Below, piece by piece: positions 29,020 to 41,600 of a stretch of DNA of 64,000 nt. Position numbers and translations under genes: made by a program. The DNA is from the human T2T-CHM13v2.0 reference genome, Homo sapiens. Within the stretch, counting starts at the first letter, position 1. Each line of letters begins with the position of its first letter. The notes under the pieces were generated by a model. That model did not search any database. It saw only the letters and a list, made by a program, of their open reading frames with translations, and was not told the DNA's origin. Location: NCBI RefSeq assembly GCF_009914755.1, contig NC_060936.1, one strand, 5' to 3'.

Positions 29020-29400
29020 ATATATGGAAGTGTGATTTAAAAAATTCTAACAATTTCTTGTTGCTTACAGAATAAAATCCAGATTTAGCACGTTAGTGAA
29101 ATTTTTTCCCCAGTAAGTTCTGCTCTTCAGCTCTGCTTCCACATTTACCTTTCTGCCAACCTTCCATTCATGGCATTTTCCTCAAATAATTTTTATAATT
29201 TCTCATTTTATTTTTGCTCATATTTTTGGTTGCATATTTCTTTACCATTATTTTCCAAATAAATCTAGGTTTCAAGGCACATCCCAAATGACATCTCTGT
29301 CATGAATCCTTCACCAATTCTATTGGTAGAATTTAATATCTTCCTCCCCTGCATTGAGGTGGTACAGTGTAATTTTATACTATTTATTACATTCTACATT
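29020..29400 (+). mobile_element. L2 fragment
   Basis: 'ttgcttacagaataaaatcca...ttcaaggcacatcccaaatgacatctctgtcatgaatcctt'. Confidence 0.5.
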
Positions 29401-30200
29401 TTTATTGACGATATATTTTTTCCCATGGAATACAATATCTCCCTGTAAAGTGCAGATCCAGTTCTTTAATTTTAGAAAGTTTTCTTGTATTATATCATTA
29501 AAAACTTCTTCTGTTCCATTTGCCGAATTGCTTATTCAGGAAAACTATTAATATTTAGGTTGGATCATATTTGTATTCCATGTCTTTATTGTCTTTCTAA
29601 TTGTCTTAATCACTTGATTTTTAATGAATTTACTGTGATTATATTGAGTGCTTTTCTTAGGTCTCACTTTGCATTTTGGATTTGTCTAGCCTGTTTCCAA
29701 TTTATAAAAAAAATTACTTGTTGCATTTTAATGGTACTAATTTTATGTGTGTATGAAAAAGTAAAAAATATGTAAAAAAGGAATCCAAATACATTTTTTA
29801 TCCTCAGCCCAAAAGTAAAAATCTTAAACAGCTTTTCTCTATTTTTAAAAATTTAATTATAAAACTGTGTTCTTCAACTTGTATTCTTAGCTTTACAATT
29901 ACTCTCTAATCTTATTCTGTATTTTAATAATTTTATCTCTGTGGATTTAAAAATATCAAATTTGTATTCTAATTAAGTAATGGTACAGAAGAAAGTATTC
30001 ATGGAGAATTCTCTTCATTTTCTGCAGTTATATTTTCCCCCACTATTTCTCATCATTTCTCTTTTTTTTCTCTTCCTCTTCTACCTTTATTTGCCTTTTT
30101 CCTTTCTTTTTTTCCTTTTGGCTGTTATAATTTGCATATCTGACATTTCTTGTAACTGCTCTTGTTTAACACGGTCAGAGCCAAAACTCTGTTTGACTTG
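29400..30200 (-). mobile_element. HAL1/L1M ORF1-like remnant
   Basis: T-rich strand with 'gaaagttttcttgtattatatc...ttctgttccatttg...aggttggatc'. Confidence 0.4.
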
Positions 30201-30633
30201 CTTCTCACCACATATGAGACGTCTTAATCTTTCAAATTACTTAGTATTGCATGCTTAACCTATTTTTCTGAAACCTAAGGCATGGTAGGATGCTTGGTAA
30301 TTATCTGAAGCCATGTACAATTTTTTTGGAGAACTCAACTCCTCTGTCTTTCTCTCTTATCCAATATTTCATTAATCTTCTGAGATACATCCATGCCCCT
30401 TAGTTGGGAATCTTACCCCTTTGGGAGAGTCAAGAGAGAAACATCAGCACTTCAATACGTTTCTCCCTAAAATGAAGTATTAATAAGATTTCCCAGGATT
30501 CTGTCTTTGTCTTCTTGACATTTTTTTTTCTCTGATCTGCTTCTTGGTTGAGTTGGAATAGAAGTGGTGGAAGGGTAGATTTAGAATTATGTCTAACCAC
30601 AAAGCAATCTTTTGTATCCTTCAGTGGATACTG

Positions 30634-31860
30634 CTTTCTAAACAGCTTTATTAAACATTGATTGACATTCAATAAAACTGAAAAATATTTAAAGAATACA
30701 ATTTGATAAGTTTGATATATGTGTATAGCGAAGAAGCCATCACCATAATAAAGATAATTATATATCTATCCCTGCCCCAAGTTTTCCATGCCCTTTTGTG
30801 ACCCCTTCTTCCTACCTTTCCGATATTCTCCCCTCTTTCCCATTCCAAGGCAACCACTGTCACTATAGATTAGTTTGCATTTACTAGATTTTCATAAATA
30901 GAAGCATACAGAATGCACTATTTTCTATTTGGCTTCTTTAACTCAGCATGATGATTCTGAGATTCATAGACGTTGTAGTATGTATCAATAGTTTACTCCT
31001 TTGTATTGCTAAGTAGAATTCCATTTTGATTTGGGTCTTTTTTTTTAATATCTTGCATTTATCTACACAACTTTTTAAACATGTGAAAGGTGGATTTTCC
31101 TCTTCTTTATAGATTTTATTTTTCTGCTATTTTAAATACCTTTATAAATTTTTTTGTTGATTGGCAGTTACTGTGAATTTCACTTTATTGAGTGCTGGAT
31201 ACTTTTGTATTTCTATACTTATTCTTGAGCTTTGTTCTGAGACACAGGTTATTTTTGAGATATTTTACATATTCAGGTCTTGCATTCTAGCTTTGTTATG
31301 TGAGACTGGAACAGTACTTAATCTATAGCCTATTATTCCCCACCAATGAGGTGGGACCCTCTGTGTATTTTACTCTATGCTCCATGAATTATGAAGTTTT
31401 TTTCAATCTGTCTGGTGGAAACAGACACTGTATGTGCCTCTGTAAAGTGGAAAATTTCCCCCACCTTTGGGTAGTTTTCTCACATGCATGCGCTGACAGG
31501 TATCCAGCAAGAATACACAACGGAGACATCTGGAGGTCATCAGAGTTGCCTCTGGATGCAGCTCTTTTCTGTTTGACACTCTGTCCTTAGATGTTTAGCC
31601 TCCTTGGTCTCGTTCCCTGGACTATCAACTCTGTTTGCTAGACTTGTAGATTCTGGTGGGATCTGGCTGGGTTCCCTTCTCTCTGTGCAGCAACCGGAAT
31701 ATGCTTTCAAGGCAGCACATTGGGCCAATTACTGGGCTCACTTTATTTGCTTCTTATCTCTCTGGGATCACTGAAATTTGTTGCTTCAAGTCCAGTGACT
31801 TAAAATCTGATGTTTTATATAATTTAATAAATGTTTTTGGTTGTTCGTCCAGATGTAAAA
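30634..31860 (-). mobile_element. Old L1 (L1MD/L1ME type): 3' UTR piece abutting a 5'-region piece
   Basis: 30634-31025 is 3' UTR ('aacagctttatt...caatttgataagttt...aggcaaccactg'); 31025-31860 resembles an L1M 5' region ('tgtgaatttcactttattgagtgctggatacttttgtatt'). Confidence 0.7.
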
Positions 31861-32700
31861 GAGATACTTTTGTTTTCTCTGGAGAGTATAGCATGAATTG
31901 TGCCTTTCTCAATGTTTTGTTGCAGTTAGTTAAATTTTTAATGAATATCAACATTAAAAAACTTATAGCTATTATTGGAGTGAAATTCTATGATTTGCTT
32001 TTTATGTAGTATGTATACTCTAATTTTTTTATTTAATTACACGTGTCTTTATTACTAGATTTTATAATCCCGATGTCAGCTAAGACAGCTTAAAATCTAG
32101 AAGAGATTGACTTGAATCCCTATTCAACAACTTTTAAGACATCTAATTCTCTTTGCCTCAGACCTATACATTAGTGGACCAAGGTTGAAACTGTATCTGT
32201 GTATGAAGAGAAAGAAAGGAAGCAAAGAAGCAAGCAAGGAAAGAAGAAAGAAGAGAGGTAGACAGGGAAAGAGAGAGGAAGGCTTAATCTTCCAAAACCA
32301 GTGTGGAAAAACCTTCATTTTAAAGCCTAGTTGAAGAAACTGACATCTATGAAGAGAATGTCAATATAAAGAGTTCAGGGATGAGATAAGGTTACATCTA
32401 AGGTATTATTAGAGATGAAAGGAGGGAACCTGGTGCTGTTATTCTAGGTGAAGAAAGATGGTAATGGCATAAAGTTATGAACCACATATATGTATAGAAT
32501 TTTTATTTTTATTTGCCTAGTAGCTTTCACTCTCTCTCCTTTGCGTTACAGATTGTAGTTCTTGGATCAAAGGCATGAAATAATTAATCTATCCCACTCT
32601 CCTTGGCCACATGGTTGGCCTATGGAGGTAGTGAGATTTGAGATAAGTGAGAGTTTCCATATAAAATAAGTGACTCTACTCCTCTCTATTCCAGAAATTT

Positions 32701-33032
<332 letters not shown>

Positions 33033-33299
33033 CTATTCCAGAAATTTAAGCCTTGAGCAGACACATGGAAACCAATGGCAATTGGTGTTGGTGCTGAGTC
33101 ATTTGTGGCCAGCTCTCTGGAGAGATGATTCCTGTCTTCCAAGAGTTTTACATTAATTAATCTAGAACCCATTCAGTGAACTCTATTTTTACTTAAGTTA
33201 ACCAGCTTTTATTTCCATTTACTTAAAACTAAAGAAATTTCTCCAGTAGAAGCTACAAGCAATTTGGTATCATGAGTAGACAAAATTGTAAGTATATGA

Positions 33300-33547
33300 T
33301 GAAAACTGAAGCTAAATAGGTGAGTGGGGCCAGGTCATAGAGGGCTTCCTTTTTCACGTTATATGCTTAGTATTTATTTTGTAGCTTACAGAGTTTTAGG
33401 AAATAAAATGAAGACTCTGTCAAATTTTAGTTTTTGATCAATCATTCTGACAGCAGTATTAAAGATGGATTTGAAGAGAATAAACCTTGAGAGGGAATGA
33501 ACAATTAGATTCTGCTTAAGCTAAAAGATACTGAAGACCTAAACTAG
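33300..33547 (-). mobile_element. L2 fragment
   Basis: 'ggggccaggtcatagagggc...atcattctgacagcagt...gatggatttgaagag'. Confidence 0.55.
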
Positions 33548-33680
33548 TATATTAGTTTTCTATTGCTGTTAAAACAAATTACCACAAACTTAGTGAGTCA
33601 TAACAACACAAATTTATTATCTTATAGTTCATAGGTTAGAAGTCTAACATGTATCTCACTGAGTTAAAATCAAGGTGTCA
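33548..33680 (-). mobile_element. MLT1 (D/E-like) LTR, first part
   Basis: 'tattagttttctattgctg...aattaccacaaacttagt...aaaatcaaggtgtca'. Confidence 0.85.
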
Positions 33681-34416
33681 TCAAAAACCATGCAAGCAAG
33701 AAGATCATGGAGTAAAATATTTATATATTGAAAGAAAAAATACCCACCAGCTTAAAATTTTGTTTAAAGGAATTAATATTTAAAAGCAAAGGAGAAACAA
33801 AAACTTTCTGAGGACAAAAAAAAAAAAAAAAAAGAAATTTGTCATCACTAGACCTGCCTTGCAAGAATTGTTAAAAGTTCTACAGAAAGAAGATTGACAT
33901 TACTAAGAAACTTTAACATATACATATATAAAATGATGAGCATTAAGAAAGGAATAAAAAAAGGTAAAATAAATATTTTTAATTTTCTTATTCCTAATTG
34001 GTGTTATAGATAACTGGGTTCAAAATAATGATAGCAACGATGTTTTGAATGATTATAGCTTATGGGCAAGTAAAATAAATAATAGGAATATAAAAAAACT
34101 GGAAAAAGAAATAGGAAGTATTCTACAATAAAGTAACTTGCATTACACATGAATTAATATACTGTTATTTGAATGTGTACTTATATTAATTGTAAATATA
34201 TACTGCAAAATCTATAAAGACCACTAAAAATATTTTTAAAACGGATAATATTCTAAGCAAATAGAGAACATGGAATCATATAAAATGCTCAATTAAAATT
34301 AGAAAAGGCACAACAAAAGGGTAATATTAAAAAAAAGCAAAAAACAAGTGCAACAAGGGCAATGACTGTTTTTATGGTTACTAATGTGGTAGATATTAAT
34401 TAATCTATATCAATAA

Positions 34417-34794
<378 letters not shown>

Positions 34795-34817
34795 TAATTA
34801 AAAAACAAGATTTAATT

Positions 34818-34931
34818 GGCTGGGCACGGTGGCTCACGCCTGTAATCCCAGCACTTTGGGAGGCCGAGGTGGGCGGATCACTAGGTCAGGAGATCGAGAC
34901 CATGGTGAAACCCTGTCTCTACTAAAAATAC

Positions 34932-34969
<38 letters not shown>

Positions 34970-35127
34970 AGCTGGGCATGGTGGCGGGTGCCTGTAGTCC
35001 CAGGTACTGAGGAGGCTGAGGCAGTAGAATGGCATGAACCCGGGAGATGGAGCTTGTAGTGAGCTGAGTTTGCATCACTGCACTCCAGCCTGGGCAACAG
35101 AGCTCAAAAAACAAAACAAAACAAAAA
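34818..35127 (+). mobile_element. AluY-lineage element with the AluYd-type 12-nt deletion and an A35 middle tract
   Basis: 'gagatcgagaccatggtgaaa' lacks 'atcctggctaac'; TSD 'aaaaaacaagatttaa'. Confidence 0.9.
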
Positions 35128-37250
35128 AAAACAAGATTTAACTATATGTTATTGACAAGAAATGCACTGTATAAAACACAAGATGCATTAAAAGTAAAGG
35201 GATGAAAAAAGATATACCTTGCTAACACAAATCAAAAGAAAGCTCGAGTAGCAATATTAATTTCAGAAAAAGCAGACTTAAGAACAAAGAAAATTATTAG
35301 AAATTAAGAAGGATATTACATAAAGATAACGGGTTAATTCAACAAGAAGACATAACAATCCTTAATGGATATTCTTCTACCATGAGAGCCTCAAAATATA
35401 GGAGGCAAAAATGGAAAGATCTGCAATGAGACTAGACAAGTTCGCTATTTTAGTTAGAGGCTTCAACATCCATTTATCTGTAATTGACAGACACAGCAGG
35501 AAGAAAATTAGTAAGGATATAATTGAACTAAACAGCACCATCAATCAAGTGGATCTCATTGACATTTATAGAATATTTCATTTAACAACAGCAGAATCCA
35601 CACATTTTTCAAGGTCACGTGTAACATTCACCAAAATAGACTACATTTGAAGTTATAAAACACACATCAACAAATTTAGAAGACCAGAAATTGTGTAAAG
35701 TATGTTCTTAGAACACAATGGAATTGAACTAAAATCTAACAGATAGATAGCTGTGAAATATTATTTGGAGGTTACACAACACACTTTTAAATAACACATG
35801 GGTCTGAAAAAGAAATTTCAAAAAAATCTTTAAAAATATTTTGAACTAAATGAACAAGAAAAATCTGAGGAATGCAACAAAAGCAGCACTAAGAGGGAAA
35901 TTTATAGCATTAAATGAATTATTAGACAAGAAGAAAGACCTAAAATTAATAGTCTAAGCTTTCATCTTTGGAAAATAGAGAAAAAAGAGCAATATCAATA
36001 AAGTCGAAAATAGAAAAACAATAGATGGTATCAATGAAGCCAAAAGGTAGTTCTTTGAAAAGATCAATGAAATAGAAAAAACTCTAGTTAGGCTCACCAA
36101 AGAAACCAAACGGAAGACACAAATTACTAATATCAGAAATGAAAGAAGGGCCATTATTACTAATCTTATGGACATTAGCAAGATAATAATAGAATATTAT
36201 CAATGACACTATGGCCCACAAATTTGATAACTTAGGTGATGGACCAATTTTTTGGAAGTCATAATCTATAAAACCTCAGCAAGGTAAACTACATAATTTG
36301 AATATGTGCATGTCCATTAAAAACATGTAATCTATAATTAATAACCTTTCAAAATGGAAAGCACCAGGCCCAGATGGTTTCCCTCATAAATTCTACAGAA
36401 CATTTAAGAAAGAAATGGTACAAATTTTCTACAGCATCTTTTAGAAAATGGAAGCAGAATGAACAATTCCTAATTCATTATATAGGGCCAACTTTAACCT
36501 TATATCAAAACTGTATAAATTATGCAAAACGAAACTATAGACTGAAATCTCTCATGAATATTGACATCTTCAACCACATATTAGCAAATCAAATCCAATA
36601 ATCTAAAAAGAGAATTATAAACTATGATTAAATAAAATTTTCTCCAGGTATTCATAACTGTGTCAGCATTTGAAAATCAATTAATGTAATCAATCACATT
36701 AATGTCCCATAAAAAATTCACATAATTATATCCATAGATGCAGAAAACAATTGACAAAATTTAACATTCTTTCTTGATACAAACTCTCAGCAAACTAGGA
36801 ATAGAGGGGAACTTCTTCAAATGAGTAAAGAAGGTTTACAAAAAACTTACAGCTAATGTCATATTTAATGGTGAGAAATGAGATGCTTTTTTTCAAAGAC
36901 TGAGAAAAAGCCAGAGACGTCTATTCTCACTACTGTTATTCAACATCATACTGAAAGCCTGAGCCAATTCAATAAGACAGGAAGAGGAGATTAAAGTATA
37001 TGATTGGGAAAGAAGAAATAAAACTGTATGTTTGCAAATGACATAATCGTCCATGTAGAAATCTCCCCCAAATTGCCAAAAATTCCCTTCTGGAACCAAT
37101 AAGTGAATATAGCAAAGTTGCAGGGTGGAAAGTTAATATACAAAAGTCAATTGTTTTCCTGTATAATAGCAATAAAAAAATTGCAATTTGCAATTAAAAA
37201 CCTAATAGCATCTCATTAGCATCATAAAGTGAAATTTTGAGGTATAAATC

Positions 37251-37676
37251 TATATTAGTCTATTCTCACATTGCTATAAAGTAATATCTGAGGCTGGGTA
37301 ATTTATAAAGAAAAAGTATTTAATTTGCTCACGGTTCTGTAGGCTGTCCAGGAAGTGTGATGCTAGTATCTGCTTGACTTCTGGGGAGGCCTAAGGAAAT
37401 TTACAATCATGGTAGAAAGTGAAGGGGGAGCAGACATATCACATGGTAACAGCAACAGCAAGAGAGGGAGGGGAGAAGTGCCACATGCTTTTAAGTAATC
37501 AGAGCTCATGAGAACTCATTCACTATTACAAGGACAGTACCGAAAAGATGATATGAAACAATTTATAAGACATTTGCCCCCATGATCCAATCACCTCCCA
37601 CCAGGTCCACCTCCAACATTGGAAATTACAATCCAACACGAGGATTTGGGTGGGGACACAGATACAAGCCATGTCA
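37251..37676 (-). mobile_element. MSTA solo LTR
   Basis: 'tattagtctattctcacattgctataaag' through to 'gccatgtca'; TSD aaatc/atatc. Confidence 0.92.
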
Positions 37677-37838
37677 ATATCTAACAAAATTTTTATAAGA
37701 TCTCTATGAAAAAAAACTACAAAACTCTGACAAAAGAAATAAAAAAAGATAGATTAATAGATATTCATTTTGTGGATAGAAAGACTCAGTATTATTTAGT
37801 TGTCAGTTCTTTCCGACCTGAGCTATAGGCTCAAGCAA

Positions 37839-38679
37839 TTTTTTTTTTAAACTTTATTTTAGGTTCAGAAGTACATGTGCTGGTTTCTTACATAGGTAAA
37901 CCCAAGTCACAGGGGTTCTTTGTACAGATTATTTTGTCACCCAAGTACTAAGCCTGGTACTCTGATCCTCTCTCTCCTATCACACTACTCTCTCAAGTAG
38001 CCCCCAGTGTCTATTATTCCCCTCTTTGTGTCCATGTGTTTTCATTATTTAGCTCCCACTTATAAGTGAGAACATGCAGTATTTGTTTTTCTTTTCCTGC
38101 ATTAGTTTGCTAATGATGGCCTCCAGCTCCATCCATGTTCTTGTCGGGGACATGATCTCATTCTTTTTTATGACTTTTGTATGACTGCATAGTATTCCAC
38201 AATGTATATGTACCATTTTCTTTTTCCACTCTACCACTGATGGGCATTTAGGTTGATTCCATGTCTTTGCTATTGTGAATAGTGCTGCAGTGAACATACA
38301 TGTGTATGTGTCTTTATGGTAGAATGATTTATATTCCCTTGGCTATATACCCAGTAATGGGATTGTTGGGTCAAATGGTAGTTCTGTTTTTAGCTCTTTG
38401 GGAAATTACCACACTGCTTTCCACAATGGTGGAACTAATTTACACTCCCACGAACACACCAACAGTGTATACATGTTCCAACTTATCTGCAAACTTGCAG
38501 GCATCTGCTGTTTATTGACTTTTTAGTAACAGCCATTGTGACTGGTTTGAGAAGGTATCTTGTGGTTTTGATTTGCATTTCTCTAATGGTTAGTGATATT
38601 GAGCTTTTGTTCATATGTTTGTTGGCCACATGTATGTCTGCTTTTAAAAAGTGTCTGTTTATGTTCTTTGCCCACTTTT
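37839..38679 (-). mobile_element. L1PA(14-16)-like 3' end, about 840 bp
   Basis: Poly-T then 3' UTR 'ggtaaacccaagtcacagggg...ttgtcacccaagtactaag'; ORF2 C-terminal peptide MFTAALFTIAKTWNQPKCPS. Confidence 0.9.
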
Positions 38680-41600
38680 AAAAACTTTTATTTTAAATTC
38701 AGGAGTACACATGCAGGTCTGTTATATAGGTAAGCTTGTGTCATGGTGGTGGGTTGTACAGATTATTTCATCACCCAGGTATTAAGCCTAGTACCTATTA
38801 GTTATTTTCCCTGATCCTCTGCCTCTTCCCACCCTTCAACTTCCAGTAGGCTCTGGTGTGTGTTACTTCCTTCTATGTGTTCATGTGTTCCCATCATTTA
38901 GTTCGCACTTATAAGTGAGAACATGCAGTATTTTGTTTTCTGTTCCTGCATTAGTTAGCTAAGGATAATGGCCTCCGGCTTTACCCATGTTTCTGCAAAG
39001 GACATTATCTCATTCTTTTTTAATGGGTGCACAGAATTCCATGGTGTATATATACCACATTTTGTTTATCCAGTCTATCATTGATGGGCATTTAGGTTGA
39101 TTCTATGTCTTTGCTATTGTGAATAGTGCTGCAATGAACATACACGTGCATGTATCTTTATAATAGAATGATTAATATTCCACTGGATATATACCCAGCA
39201 ATGGAATTTCTGGGTTGAATGGTACTCATGTTTCTAAGTCTTTGAGGAATCACCACACTGTCTTCCACAATAGTTGAACTAATTTACACTCCCACCAACA
39301 GTGTATAAATGTTGCATTTTCTCTGCAACCTTGGCAGCATTTGTTATTGTTTGACTTTTTAATAATAGCCATCCTGATTGGTGTGATTTGGCATCTTATT
39401 GTGGTTTTGATGTGCATTTCTCTAATGATTAGTGACACTGAGCTTTTTTCCATATGCTTGTTGGCTGCATGTATGTCTTCTTTTAAAAAGTGTCTGTTCA
39501 TGTCCTTTGGCCACTTTTTAACGGGGTTGTTTGTTTTCTCTTGCAATTATGTTTAAATTCCTTATAGTTGCTGGATTATAGAGCTGTTTCAGATGCATAG
39601 CTTGCAAATATTTTCTCTAATTCTTTTGGTTTCCTGTTTACTCCGTTGATTGTTTCTTTTGCTGTGCAGAGGCTCTTACGTTTAGTTAGATTCCATTGGT
39701 AAATTTTTGCTTTTGTTGCAATTGCCTTTGGTGTGTTCATCATGACATCTTTGCCAGTTCCTATATCCAAAATGGTATTGCCTAGGTTGTCTTCCTGGCT
39801 TTTTATAGTTTTATATTCTACATTTAAGTCTTTAATCCATCTTGATTTGATTTTTGTACAGTGTAAGGAAGGGGTCTAGTTTCAATCTTCTGCATATGGC
39901 CAACCAGTTATCCCAGCACAATTTATTGAACAGGGAGTCCTTTCCTCCTTGCTTGTTTTTGTCAGCTTTGTTGAAGAGCAAATGGTTATAGGTGTGCAGC
40001 CTTATTTCTGGGCTCTTTATTCTGTTCCATTGGTCTTTGTGTCCATTTTTGTACTAGTACCATGCTGTTTTGGTTACCATAGCCCTGTAATATAGTTTGA
40101 AGTCAGGTAACATGATGCTTCCAGCTTTGTTCTTTTTGCTTAGGATTGGCTTGACTATTTGGTCTTTTTGGTTCCATATGAATTTTAAAATAGTTTCTTC
40201 TAGCTCTGTGAAGAATGTCATCACTAGTATGATAGAAATTTTATTGACTCTGTAAATTGCTTTGGACAGTGTAGCCATTTAAATGATATTGAGTCTTCCT
40301 ATCCATGAGCATGGAATGTTTTTCCATTTATTTGTGTTATCTGTGATTTATTTGAGCAGTGTTTTGTAATTGTTATTATAGAGATATCTCACCTCCCTGG
40401 CTAGCTGTATTCCTAAGTACTTTATTCTTTTTGTGGCAATTGTGAATGGGACTGCATTTCTGATTTGGCTCTTGGCTTGGCTGTTGATGGTGTATAGAAA
40501 TGCTACTTTTTTTGTACATTGCTTTTGTATCCTGAAACTTTGCTGAAGTTGTTTATCAGTTGATAGAGCTTTTGAGCTGAGACTATGGGGTTTTCTATGT
40601 ATAGAATAATGTTATCTTCAAACAGAGATAGCTTGACTTTCTCTCTTCCTGTTTGGATAGCCTTTCTTTCTTTCTCTTGACTCCTCTCTGGCCAGGACTT
40701 GCAATAACTATGTTGAATAGAAGTGGTGAGAGAAGCCACCCTTGTCTTGTGTTGGTTTTCAAGGGGAATGCTCCCAGCTTTTGCCCCTTCAGTATGATGT
40801 TGACTGCAGGTTAGTCATAGATGGTTCTTGTTATTTTCAGTTATATTTCTTCAATGCCTAGTTTATTGAGAGTTTTTAACATGAAGCGATTTTGAATCTT
40901 GTTGAAAGCCTTTTCTGCATCTATTGAGATAATCAAGTGTTTCTTGTCTTTAGTTCTGTTTACGTGATGAATCACATTTATTGATTTGCACATGTTGAAC
41001 CAAACTTGCATCCCAGGAATAAAGAGTACTTGATTGTTGTGAATTAGCTTTTTGATGTACTGCTGGATTTGGATTGCAAGTATTTTGTTGAGCATTTTTT
41101 CATCAATGTTCAACAAGTATATTGGCCTGAAGTTTTCTTTTTTGTTGTTGTGTCTCCGCCAGGTTTTAGAATCAGGATAATGGTGGCCTCATAGAATGAG
41201 TTGGGGAGGATTCCCTCCTCCTCAAATTTATGGAATAGTTTCAGTAGGACTGATACCTCCTTTGTACATCTGGTAGAATTTTGTTTTGAATCCATCTGTC
41301 CTGGGCTTTTTTAGTTGGTAGACTATTACTGATTCAATTTTGGAGCTCATTATTGGTGCATTCAGGGAATAAATTTCTTTCTGCTTCAGTCTTGGGTGTA
41401 TGTGTCTAGGAATTTATCCAACTCTTCCAGGTTTTCTAGTTTGTGTGCACAGAGGTATTCATAGTAGTCTCTGATGGTTATTTGTATTTCTGTAGAGTCA
41501 GTGGTAACATCCCCTTCATCATTTCTAATTGTGTTTGTTTGCACTTTCTGTCTTTTCTTCTTTATCACTCTAGCTAGTGGCCTATTGTATTAGTCTGTTC

